Shown: positions 1 to 7,946, numbered from the stretch's first letter. The stretch: DNA of 64,000 bases from Candidatus Campbellbacteria bacterium GW2011_OD1_34_28 (GCA_001029775.1 CP011215.1:618303-682302), one strand, 5' to 3'. Notes: generated by a model not told the origin, from the letters alone. Translations and numbers: made by a program.

Positions 1-8
1 TAGTACAT
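1..8 (-). CDS. 5' end of a gene running off the left edge. The ATG is the reverse complement of positions 6-8, preceded on the minus strand by AAGGAGG (positions 14-20).
   Basis: Reverse complement of 1-25 reads cgaaagAAGGAGGttgctATGtac. This gives a strong SD with 5 nt spacing to the ATG. Only two codons lie inside the window. Confidence 0.3.
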
Positions 9-232
9 AGCAACCTCCTTCTTTCGTATGGTTTAAGCCGTCCTCCCAAGACGACCCTTTTCAAATTTTCTGTTGTAATTATAACAATAATTGTGGTAAA
101 TGTCAATACTAAATTAATAAATAAAAAAGCCTTTTTCATATAGTAACAAAGGGTTTTTGTTGCTTATTTTTAGAATATATGTAATTCTTCTGAAAGATAC
201 CCTTTTAATAAAAATCAGACGAGGAAAACCTA

Positions 233-472
233 ATGCGAGAAAAAAAAATAGTGATTAATCCATTTTTCTACCCCCAAGATGATGCAGAAACAAAACAAAT
301 ACTTGATGAAATAGAAAATATTATTAAAAAATTGGACGAAAGAAAAAGAGAGATCAAAGAAACATGTCCTCATACGAAGAAAATCGATGGACATCTGGGA
401 ATTTTGGGCGAACCGCCTAATCTTGAATTTGGTCCCATATGTGCAAAGTGTAGAAATATTCTTGTCGATTAA
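233..472 (+). CDS. Small hypothetical protein (79 aa) with a C-terminal CPH...CAKC zinc-ribbon-like motif.
   Basis: ATG-initiated ORF followed directly by a strong hairpin terminator at 481-517. No recognisable family. Confidence 0.45.
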   Translation: MREKKIVINPFFYPQDDAETKQILDEIENIIKKLDERKREIKETCPHTKKIDGHLGILGEPPNLEFGPICAKCRNILVD

Positions 473-480
473 CTAACACA

Positions 481-517
481 GCCCGTCGTAGCACAAAAGC
501 TACGACGGGCTGTTTTT
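481..517. terminator. Rho-independent terminator. Shared by the convergent ORF 233-472 and leuS, so bidirectional.
   Basis: Stem GCCCGTCGTAGC, loop ACAAAA, stem GCTACGACGGGC, then TGTTTTTT. A perfect 12-bp stem with an A-run before and a T-run after. Confidence 0.8.
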
Positions 518-547
518 TCTAAAAACTAACAACTAAAAACTATTAAC

Positions 548-3004
548 TTATATAACAATATTCACCAATTTGTTCTTTACATAAATAACCTTTTTTGGTT
601 CATTCCCCGCCATCCATTTTTTAGACGCTTCTTGTTCCATTGCTAGTTTTTTCACATCATCATCACTTGTCCCCTCTTCTACCTGTATCTCTGCTCTTAC
701 TTTTCCGTTTATTTGAATCACAACTGTATAAGAAGTATCTTTCATCAAATTTTCGTCAAACTTTGGCCAAGGTTCGTTGTGAATAGAATTTGTATTTCCT
801 AAAATCTGCCAAAGTTCTTCTGTAATATGTGGAGCAAATGGAGAAAGAATTTTCAAAAAACTTTCATAATCTTGTCGTGCAATCTCTTCTTCCTTTTCCA
901 TATCATTAATCAATATCATCATTGCACTGACAGCGGTATTATATTTTAGATTATCAATATCATTTGAAACTTTTTTAATCGTCTTGTGCAACAAATTTTG
1001 GATTTTGTTTTCTACTTTCAACTCTCCACCTTTCACTTTCGAACTAAGTCTCCACATTTTCTCCAAAAATCTATACACCCCGACAATGTTGTCTTCGTTC
1101 CACATCACTTCATCTTCTAGAGGTGCGGCAAAAAGCATGTAAGTTCTAACAGAATCAGCCCCGAATCTGTTTACCATATCATTTGGATTGATAACATTTC
1201 CTTTTGATTTAGACATCTTTTTCCCTTGCCCATCCAATACCATTCCCTGATGACGCAATCTTTGAAATGGTTCATCAAAATTTACCAAACCGATTTTATT
1301 CATTGCTTTTACAAAAAATCTTGCAAACAACAAGTGCATATATGTGTGTTCTGCCCCTCCAATATACAAATCTACCGGTAACCATTTTTTGCGAGTTTCT
1401 GAGCAAAACTCTTTTTCATTATGAGGGTCGGGGTATCTCAAAAAATACCAAGAAGAATCCACAAAAGTATCCATAGTATCGTATTCAGGCACCCAACCTT
1501 CACCAAAAATTTTTTCTGTCCTTTCTTTCAGTTCTTTTGATTTTGCGAGAGGAGAGATCCCTGTTGGAACAAAATCTACATCCGCAGGCAAAGTCCATGG
1601 CAGATTTTCTTCGGGAACCAAGTGAGCTTCCCCATCTGGAGAATAAACAACAGGAATCGGACAACCCCAATATCTTTGACGAGAAATAGACCAATCACGC
1701 AGACGGTAATTAGTTGTCATTTTTCCTCCAACAAATTTTGTAATCTCTTTCTTTGCTTCTATATTATACATATCGGTAAATTTGCCAGAATTTACCAAAT
1801 AACCAGATTCCGAAAAACATTTTTTACCACTTCTCACATCACCGATAAACTCTAAAACCCCTTTTTGTTCAGAATGTTTAATTAAAGGATCACGGTTTTC
1901 AACAATCATTGGGCTTACAACTGGTTCTATTTTTAAATTATATTTCTTCGCAAACTCCAAATCCCTTTCATCATGCGCCGGCACCGCCATAATTGCACCT
2001 GTTCCATATCCACCCAAAACATAATCCGCAATAAAAACAGGGATTTCTTCTTGTGTTGCAGGATTAATAGCAAAAATTCCTTCCAGTTTTACACCGGTTT
2101 TTTCTTTCGCCTCGATTCTGTCCATCTCCGTTTTATTTTTTGCTCTCTCTATATAATTTTTAACCTCACCTAAATTCTGAATTCTATTTTCTAAATTCTC
2201 AATTATTGGATGTTCCGGAGCAAGCACCATATAAGTCGCACCAAACAAAGTATCAGGCCTTGTCGTAAACACCTTAATTTTAAGTTCTGAATTCTGAATT
2301 CTAAATTCTATTTCTGCTCCTTCACTTTTTCCGATCCAGTTAACCTGATTCTTTTTCGTATGTTCAGGCCAGTCTATCTTTTCCAAACCTGTAATCAAAT
2401 CATCTGCAAAATCAGTAATTTTGAAAAACCACCCGGGGACTTCTTTCTGAATAATCTCTGCTCCACATCTCTCACACTTGCCATCCACTACTTGTTCATT
2501 GGCAATAACAGTTTGGCAAGAAGAACACCAATTTGTCTTTGATGTTTTTTTGTAAACCAAATCGTTTTTATAAAATTGACTGAATATCCATTGAGTCCAT
2601 TTGTAATATTTTGGATCACTCGTCACTGCTTTTTCATCAAAATCATAAGCAAGACCCAACATTTTCATTTGACCAATATAAGTATTGATATTTTTTTCTG
2701 TTGTTTCAGCAGGATGAACTTTTGTCTTGATGGCATAATTTTCCGCAGGCAAACCAAAGGCATCAAAACCTTGTGGGTGCAAAACATTAAATCCCTGCAT
2801 CTTTTTGAAACGATAATAAACATCGCTCGCGGTATAACTTTCGGTATGTCCCATATGCAAACCGTCTCCTGATGGATAAGGGAACATATCCAAAATATAA
2901 TATTTTGGTTTTGAAGTATCGTCTTTATCTATTTTAAAAGCCCCTGTTTCCAACCAGTGCTTTTGCCATTTAGATTCAATATCTTTGTGATTATATTTCT
3001 CCAT
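548..3004 (-). CDS. leuS: Leucyl-tRNA synthetase (818 aa).
   Basis: HMGH(TESY) class I HIGH-type motif near the N-terminus, a KMSKSKGN motif, the CP1 editing region, and the typical bacterial LeuRS length and layout. Confidence 0.95.
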   Translation of the reverse strand: MEKYNHKDIESKWQKHWLETGAFKIDKDDTSKPKYYILDMFPYPSGDGLHMGHTESYTASDVYYRFKKMQGFNVLHPQGFDAFGLPAENYAIKTKVHPAETTEKNINTYIGQMKMLGLAYDFDEKAVTSDPKYYKWTQWIFSQFYKNDLVYKKTSKTNWCSSCQTVIANEQVVDGKCERCGAEIIQKEVPGWFFKITDFADDLITGLEKIDWPEHTKKNQVNWIGKSEGAEIEFRIQNSELKIKVFTTRPDTLFGATYMVLAPEHPIIENLENRIQNLGEVKNYIERAKNKTEMDRIEAKEKTGVKLEGIFAINPATQEEIPVFIADYVLGGYGTGAIMAVPAHDERDLEFAKKYNLKIEPVVSPMIVENRDPLIKHSEQKGVLEFIGDVRSGKKCFSESGYLVNSGKFTDMYNIEAKKEITKFVGGKMTTNYRLRDWSISRQRYWGCPIPVVYSPDGEAHLVPEENLPWTLPADVDFVPTGISPLAKSKELKERTEKIFGEGWVPEYDTMDTFVDSSWYFLRYPDPHNEKEFCSETRKKWLPVDLYIGGAEHTYMHLLFARFFVKAMNKIGLVNFDEPFQRLRHQGMVLDGQGKKMSKSKGNVINPNDMVNRFGADSVRTYMLFAAPLEDEVMWNEDNIVGVYRFLEKMWRLSSKVKGGELKVENKIQNLLHKTIKKVSNDIDNLKYNTAVSAMMILINDMEKEEEIARQDYESFLKILSPFAPHITEELWQILGNTNSIHNEPWPKFDENLMKDTSYTVVIQINGKVRAEIQVEEGTSDDDVKKLAMEQEASKKWMAGNEPKKVIYVKNKLVNIVI

Positions 3005-3042
3005 AATGTTCCCATTTTATCATAAAAATTTATAAGACTCAC

Positions 3043-3083
3043 ACCTATCCCAAAATTTTAACGACCGTTAAAATTTTAGGATA
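3043..3083. repeat. Palindromic repeat, family member 1: CCTATCCCAAAATTTTAACG-AC-CGTTAAAATTTTAGGATAG.
   Basis: Near-perfect 19-bp arms. Lies in the 5' region of leuS and 3' of the PaaX-like gene. Further copies at 3751, 27817, 28733, 31379 and 44725. Confidence 0.85.
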
Positions 3084-3116
3084 GTTGCGATACTTTATAA
3101 TACTTTGTTATCTTTT

Positions 3117-3146
3117 GCGATTTCATGCGATTTCATGCGATTTCAT
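3117..3146. repeat. Tandem decamer repeat (GCGATTTCAT) x3.
   Basis: Three exact consecutive copies read directly from the sequence. Confidence 0.9.
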
Positions 3147-3166
3147 GTTTTATTTTATAACCAATT

Positions 3167-3727
3167 TCACTTCAAACCAAATACCTCTTTTAACCATTTT
3201 TCATTTTCAATTCGATTAACCTCCATATACAAAACATCGCTATCAATAAAAATTTTTGTCTTCAACAAAAAAATCAATTCTTCGCATTCATAAGGAAAAA
3301 CCCAAACGCTGTTCTGCAATTTAACAAAACCAAGTCTATTTAAATTGGATCTGAGCAAATCCCTAAGACCTCTCTTTTTTTCTTCAACATCAAAAATTAT
3401 CACCCTCCATTTTTTGTCCCATTTTTTTGGTTTTTCTATTTTTAAATCTCCCAATTCATATCTTCCAATCAATTCATCGCCTTTTTTGGTAAGTTTAATA
3501 AATTCAGAATCACCTTTTCTAACTTTTTCTAGCATACCCTTTCTCAACAAATTCTTGATTGACTCATTCATATTATATTTTTCCTTAACCCATCTTTTTT
3601 TATTTGGGGAAAATTGTTTAATGACTTGAAGAGCATTGGGAGCCACGATAGCAACACCAATTAATCCGGCTGTCGCTACGGTCGTTAAAATAATTTTTTG
3701 AATATTTATATTTTTTGAATCGTCCAT
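3167..3727 (-). CDS. PaaX-like transcriptional regulator: N-terminal TM helix, winged HTH (..LTKKGDELI..), and a WDKKW...FDV...LQNSVWVFPYEC core with the Cas2/VapD-type fold.
   Basis: Resembles E. coli PaaX (WDGKWLLLLSE...; yRLTekG wing). The core matches the Cas2 beta1-alpha1-beta2 signature (hhhFDV...R..L...G.rvQNSV[FW].c). The gene is flanked on both sides by 40-45 bp palindromes. Confidence 0.6.
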   Translation of the reverse strand: MDDSKNINIQKIILTTVATAGLIGVAIVAPNALQVIKQFSPNKKRWVKEKYNMNESIKNLLRKGMLEKVRKGDSEFIKLTKKGDELIGRYELGDLKIEKPKKWDKKWRVIIFDVEEKKRGLRDLLRSNLNRLGFVKLQNSVWVFPYECEELIFLLKTKIFIDSDVLYMEVNRIENEKWLKEVFGLK

Positions 3728-3750
3728 TCATATATTTATAGCATAAATCT

Positions 3751-3795
3751 CACCTATCCCGAAATTTTAACGGTCGTTAAAATTTTGGGATAGGT
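3751..3795. repeat. Palindromic repeat, family member 2: CACCTATCCCGAAATTTTAACG-GT-CGTTAAAATTTTGGGATAGGTG.
   Basis: 22-bp arms with one mismatch. Lies immediately upstream of the PaaX-like gene start. Confidence 0.85.
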
Positions 3796-3930
3796 GACGG
3801 TTTATATGTTTTTTATATTTCATATTTTATATTTTGTATTTTGTATTCTATATTTTTGTAATTCAAAGTTTTCTAATTCAATTCAAAAATTTAAAGCCTG
3901 AGTATCAATTAATTCATTCTTTAAAATTTA

Positions 3931-3964
3931 AAAAGCCCCGATTGAGGTCGGGGCTTTTGTTTTG
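3931..3964. terminator. Rho-independent terminator downstream of ORF 3970-4377 (-).
   Basis: AAAAGCCCCGA ttgagg TCGGGGCTTTTG. GC stem with flanking A- and T-runs. Confidence 0.75.
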
Positions 3965-3969
3965 ATAAC

Positions 3970-4377
3970 TTATGCCGTTGCTGGTGTCACAACAGGCTCA
4001 CTGTTAATTTTTGAAGGGTCATCTTCTTTTATGGCCGTAATAATTTTATTGACATATAAAATCATGACTTCCCTGTCTGGATTATATTTACAAGACTCGT
4101 AGTACAATTCCCAAAAAATAAATTTTGTTTTACCCACAACAAAATTATTGCAAATTCCTTTTTGAAAAAGCGGACATTCCTCACACCTAAAATTTGAGAT
4201 ATTTTTCACATCAAATTCAATACAATAACCACATTCACCTTTCAACCGAGGAGTAGTCCCGACCTGCAAAAAATCATCCATCATAGTTTGTTTAATCTCA
4301 AGCCATTTTTTTAATGAATTATTCCACCTTTCAGGCCATTCTTTTGAATAGACATGTTGCGGTAAATTTTTCGACAT
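3970..4377 (-). CDS. Cys-rich hypothetical protein (135 aa).
   Basis: ORF with its own terminator. CGYC...CEEC...C motifs suggest metal binding. No recognisable family. Confidence 0.5.
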   Translation of the reverse strand: MSKNLPQHVYSKEWPERWNNSLKKWLEIKQTMMDDFLQVGTTPRLKGECGYCIEFDVKNISNFRCEECPLFQKGICNNFVVGKTKFIFWELYYESCKYNPDREVMILYVNKIITAIKEDDPSKINSEPVVTPATA

Positions 4378-4456
4378 TTCTCTCTCCTTACAAAAAGATT
4401 GTCATTTAAAATTCGTCTCTATTTTGAATATTACAATATTTGAATAAAAAAGTAAA

Positions 4457-4490
4457 CAAAAATCGCCAAAGGCGATTTTTGTTTTTCTTT
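4457..4490. terminator. Hairpin terminator.
   Basis: AAAAATCGCC aaag GGCGATTTTTG followed by a T-run. Confidence 0.65.
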
Positions 4491-4506
4491 ACAAACTTTA
4501 AGAACT

Positions 4507-4522
4507 TGCCTGCCGGCAGGCA
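4507..4522. repeat. GC-rich perfect palindrome TGCCTGCCGGCAGGCA.
   Basis: 16-bp perfect palindrome in an AT-rich background. The same core occurs at 25049-25068, and a related hairpin at 7212-7232. Confidence 0.8.
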
Positions 4523-4549
4523 GGCTTTATAAACTTTATAAACTCTTTT

Positions 4550-5101
4550 CTATTTGAATTTTCTTATACCTAGATAAACGAGTACTGCCAACGCAAGACC
4601 CAATATTCCAACTTGCAAAAATTCACTTGCAAACTGCCAATATCTAATTGAAGCAACTATGAATGCAAGAACTCCACCTAGTGGGAATGCTACTGAAACG
4701 ATAGGCTGAGTTGCCATCACAAATCCAATTACAATAGAGATTACACCCAGACCAATCAGAGTCATAAAAACATTTCTTTCATAACCCTCTTTCGCTGTTT
4801 GATACTCTTGATTACATGTGAAGTATAAATCACAATATCCTGGATTTATAACCTCTCCATTTTCGTCAAAAACAGGAATTGGCTTTTCTGGAGAATCACG
4901 GTAAATATTTTCATTCCACTGACCTCCCTGCTCCAAACACATTTCTCTTGTGTCTATTTTTTCTACTACTTGTTTATCTTGGCAAAACTCTTCGTACTTA
5001 GGTTCGCTATAAACAACTTTCATAGCATAGGCAAAGAATAGATTAAGAACAACAATTATTCCTAAAATCAATGCCCATTTTAAAACTTTATTTTCAATCA
5101 T
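4550..5101 (-). CDS. Hypothetical membrane protein (183 aa): N-terminal TM helix, Cys-containing extracytoplasmic domain, two C-terminal TM helices.
   Basis: Hydrophobic segments read from the translation. No recognised family. Confidence 0.5.
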   Translation of the reverse strand: MIENKVLKWALILGIIVVLNLFFAYAMKVVYSEPKYEEFCQDKQVVEKIDTREMCLEQGGQWNENIYRDSPEKPIPVFDENGEVINPGYCDLYFTCNQEYQTAKEGYERNVFMTLIGLGVISIVIGFVMATQPIVSVAFPLGGVLAFIVASIRYWQFASEFLQVGILGLALAVLVYLGIRKFK

Positions 5102-5240
5102 ATATTAATAAATAAGTTAACAAGCTATCAGCCGACAACTGACAACTACTTCTAATAGTTAAATTATAGCAATTTATAAGGTTTGTAGCCAACAGAGTGG
5201 GGTGTCTCGAAAGAAAAGCAGTTTCTGCAAATAGGGGTTT

Positions 5241-5268
5241 TATTTTAAATAAAAAACCGGTAACTTGC
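5241..5268 (-). terminator. Hairpin terminator downstream of ORF 5325-5861.
   Basis: CCGGTAAC ttgc GTTACCGG with an A-run on the plus strand, which is a T-run on the minus strand. Confidence 0.65.
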
Positions 5269-5324
5269 GTTACCGGTGAAGGAATTGTCTTAAAATTTGT
5301 TAATCGAAGGTTTGTTGTCTTTGA

Positions 5325-5861
5325 TTATTGGCGATTTTGACCGAAACCACCCAAAGTAATAAAACGATGTTTTTCCGAGACCAAATTATCATCATATGGA
5401 TGAATTTGTTTAAATATCTCCCCTTTTGTGAAAAAATAAAGATTTCCATCTTCAATAAAAGCTGCCATTGGAAATTCAAATGAAAGAAATTTAAACCCCT
5501 CGCAAAATCTATCGAAGTCTTTTTTTGAAATACAAATACCCAAGGACCATATTGCCTGATCCCTCAACAAACATTTTGCTTCCCTGACGGTCATCTCTTC
5601 CCTGACTTTCTCCCCGTCAGCAGAATTCTTATACAACTGTGTTATCCAAAAATCACCAAGACGATGACAATCTGCATTAAATGATCGACTCAATTGTTCA
5701 AAAACAGAATTGATTCTTTCGATAAAAAATCTCTTGTTTCCAAGAATTCGATTTGCCATTTCGAATGTCAAATGTTTAGTCGGAATGGCGTTAACCATTG
5801 TTGAAATAAGATCTTTCAACTGCCCAAGTGTTGCCGGTCGGACTGTATCATGTTCTCCCAT
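5325..5861 (-). CDS. Hypothetical protein (178 aa).
   Basis: ATG-initiated ORF with a downstream terminator. No recognisable motifs. Confidence 0.5.
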   Translation of the reverse strand: MGEHDTVRPATLGQLKDLISTMVNAIPTKHLTFEMANRILGNKRFFIERINSVFEQLSRSFNADCHRLGDFWITQLYKNSADGEKVREEMTVREAKCLLRDQAIWSLGICISKKDFDRFCEGFKFLSFEFPMAAFIEDGNLYFFTKGEIFKQIHPYDDNLVSEKHRFITLGGFGQNRQ

Positions 5862-5964
5862 GATCTGTTCCTCTCCTTTTAACGATTAATAAAGGACTAC
5901 CAATTTATTAGAAATATAAACTAAAGATATGAATTTAACAACCCCTTCTAACCATTTCTGATTT

Positions 5965-6085
5965 AATCAAAAATTGGATGAAGTTCGAGGAAACAAAAGA
6001 AAAAGCCCCGAGGCGTATGTTTATTACGACGAGGGGCTTTTTCTTGCAGTTGACGAAGAAATTCGTCAATTTTGGATTAAATCTT
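5965..6085. repeat. Conserved ~120-bp two-hairpin element, copy A. Overlaps the ychF stop codon.
   Basis: About 80% identical to 33600-33725. Contains AAAAAGCCCC-N23-GGGGCTTTTT and GACGAAGAAATTCGTC hairpins. The ORF 5978-6184 predicted over it is probably spurious. Confidence 0.8.
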
Positions 6086-7171
6086 GAATTCAATAACATC
6101 TCCATCCTTCACAATATAAGTCTTCCCTTCTGTTCTTATCAAACCTTTTTCACGAGCACTTGCAATAGAACCAGACGCAATTAAATCTCTCCAATTAATT
6201 ACATCGGCTTTGATAAATTTATCTTTAAAATCTGTGTGAATAGCAGTCCCCGCCATTGGCGCTGTCCAGTTTCTTTTGATTGTCCAAGCACGACTTTCGT
6301 CTTCTCCGGTCGTAAAGTATGTAATCAGATCAAGCAATTCGTAACCTGCTCTAATCAATCCATCAATATCGTCTGCTGATCCCCCCAAGTGTTGTTTAAA
6401 TTCTTGTTTGTCATCAATAGAAAAATCTTTTAATTCGTGTTCTACTTCTGCATCCACAGTTACCCATTTTGAGTTTGTCTCTTCAAAAAATTTAATCAAT
6501 CTGTCATACCTATCGTCTTCCATTTCGTCCAAATTGTTTCCGCCAGATTTTTTATTCAAAACATAAAGAATTGGTTTCATTGTCAAAAGATGCACTTGCT
6601 TTGCTGTCTTCATTTCCTCTTCATCCAAATCAACAGAAGAAGCAAGTTTTCCATCGTTTAGCACTGTCTCTATTTTCTTTAGTACTTCTTTTTCTTTTAT
6701 CGCTACCTTATCTCCTCTTTTTACTTCCTTTTCTAAATTGCCCAATCTCTTTGTAACAGTTTGAGAGTCCGCCATTATCAATTCTAAATTTATCACCTCG
6801 ATATCGTCTAGCGGATCAATCTTTCCTTCAACGTGAATTATTTTATCATCTTCAAAAATTCGGACCATTTCGGCGATTGCATCTACCTCTCTGATATTTG
6901 CCAGAAACTTGTTGCCCAAACCTTCTCCTGCGTGAGCGCCTTTCACAAGGCCGGCAATATCTACGAATTCAATCGCAGCCGGAATTGTTTTTTGAGAATT
7001 TGAAAACGCGGTCAATTCTTCCAGTCTTTCATCAGGCACAGCAACAACACCCACAGAAGGGTCTATGGTACAAAATGGATAGTTCGCTGCTTCAACAGAT
7101 TTCTTTGTCAAAGCATTAAACAGTGTAGATTTTCCAACATTGGGCAAGCCAACGATTCCGATTGATAACAT
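6077..7171 (-). CDS. ychF: Ribosome-binding ATPase YchF (Obg-family GTPase with a C-terminal TGS domain), 364 aa.
   Basis: GLPNVGKST P-loop at residues 9-16, the YchF-specific architecture, length equivalent to E. coli YchF, and a C-terminal TGS-like ...YIVKDGDVIEFKI. Confidence 0.92.
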   Translation of the reverse strand: MLSIGIVGLPNVGKSTLFNALTKKSVEAANYPFCTIDPSVGVVAVPDERLEELTAFSNSQKTIPAAIEFVDIAGLVKGAHAGEGLGNKFLANIREVDAIAEMVRIFEDDKIIHVEGKIDPLDDIEVINLELIMADSQTVTKRLGNLEKEVKRGDKVAIKEKEVLKKIETVLNDGKLASSVDLDEEEMKTAKQVHLLTMKPILYVLNKKSGGNNLDEMEDDRYDRLIKFFEETNSKWVTVDAEVEHELKDFSIDDKQEFKQHLGGSADDIDGLIRAGYELLDLITYFTTGEDESRAWTIKRNWTAPMAGTAIHTDFKDKFIKADVINWRDLIASGSIASAREKGLIRTEGKTYIVKDGDVIEFKI

Positions 7172-7211
7172 AAGCTTAGTTTTTAGTCATTAGTTTTTAG
7201 TTTTTAGAAAA

Positions 7212-7232
7212 ACCTACCAGCACAGGCAGGTT
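7212..7232. repeat. GC-rich hairpin ACCTACC agcaca GGCAGGT, 45 nt upstream of the ychF start.
   Basis: Related to the CCTGCC...GGCAGG palindromes at 4507 and 25049. Confidence 0.55.
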
Positions 7233-7352
7233 TATGAATGATAACTTTTTTAGCAAAAGAATTCAATCATTATTTGCATTTGCAAATTTGTTTATGTATT
7301 ATCTGGCAAGAGATTTGATCTAAGTATAATAAACAAAGTTTAAGGAGGAGAA

Positions 7353-7670
7353 ATGAGTAGAAAACGAGATATAGATCTTAATGGCGGAAAACTTTTGAAA
7401 AAAGGTCCCTATATAGCTTCTGCAAAAATATTTGAAGACACAGACAATTTGGCACTCTGCATAAACATAATCAACGAGGAAACAAGAAAAGTTACAATAT
7501 CTAAATGGTTTAATATAGAAACTCTTAATCTTGATGATAAAAAAGAAGATTGGCTAGCGCTAATGATTGCCCTATCTATGTTAAGCTCAGCAAAAGCAGG
7601 ACGAGAAGAAAAAGCAGAAGAAGTCAGAAATAGCTGGAAAGAATTGATGTCCGTTCTTGAAATTTGCTGA
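7353..7670 (+). CDS. Hypothetical protein (105 aa).
   Basis: Strong SD (AGGAGG at 7343-7348) 5 nt before the ATG. Terminator at 7688-7722. Confidence 0.55.
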   Translation: MSRKRDIDLNGGKLLKKGPYIASAKIFEDTDNLALCINIINEETRKVTISKWFNIETLNLDDKKEDWLALMIALSMLSSAKAGREEKAEEVRNSWKELMSVLEIC

Positions 7671-7687
7671 GAGATCTAATTCTCCAA

Positions 7688-7722
7688 ACAAAATCCCGCG
7701 GGTAACCGCGGGATTTTATTAT
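7688..7722. terminator. Bidirectional rho-independent terminator.
   Basis: AAATCCCGCGG gtaa CCGCGGGATTT with flanking A- and T-runs, placed between convergent ORFs. Confidence 0.75.
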
Positions 7723-7946
7723 CCTAAAATATTTTTTAACTCTGATTGGTATTTTCCCATAACTTCCATTGTTGCGGACATTTGATCTTTTCCACCTTTC
7801 ATTTTTTCTTGCACCTCTGTGGCTATCTTTTGAAACAATTCTGGATTTTCTTCTATTATTTTAAATATTTTTTCTTGTTCAGCCTCGGGAACACCTTTCA
7901 TTTGAGACTTTAACATTTTTCGCATTAACATTCCTTTTAGTGACAT
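7719..7946 (-). CDS. Small hypothetical protein (75 aa), Lys/Glu/Met-rich.
   Basis: ORF only. Its stop codon overlaps the terminator hairpin. Confidence 0.4.
   Translation of the reverse strand: MSLKGMLMRKMLKSQMKGVPEAEQEKIFKIIEENPELFQKIATEVQEKMKGGKDQMSATMEVMGKYQSELKNILG

Noticed and set aside
1-232. Checked the left end for an rRNA or tmRNA 3' end (CCTCCTT-like sequence).
   Set aside because: The sequence is the reverse complement of an SD plus ATG (AAGGAGGttgctATG). That is the start of a minus-strand protein gene, not an rRNA tail.
548-3004. Numerous 60-100 aa ORFs antisense or out of frame inside leuS, uvrA, uvrB, murA, tgt, typA and valS (for example 1267-1476, 25259-25765, 47049-48194, 49028-50872 and 62580-63754).
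   Set aside because: They are fully contained within well-supported long genes on the opposite strand or in another frame, and their peptides are low-complexity. These are standard shadow ORFs in AT-rich DNA.
3167-3727. A Cas2-like motif (FDV...QNSVWVF.YEC) suggested a CRISPR adaptation gene.
   Set aside because: There is no cas1, no other cas genes and no repeat-spacer array anywhere in the window. The N-terminal wHTH plus the WDKKW motif fit a PaaX-type regulator, which shares this fold.
5978-6184. ORF 5978-6184 (+) and its look-alike ORF 33615-33935 (+), both starting MKFEE(T/V)KEKA.
   Set aside because: Their similarity comes from the conserved ~120-nt hairpin module. Their downstream parts run antisense through the ends of ychF and the cyclophilin gene. 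They are treated as non-coding repeat copies, though a short conserved peptide cannot be fully excluded.
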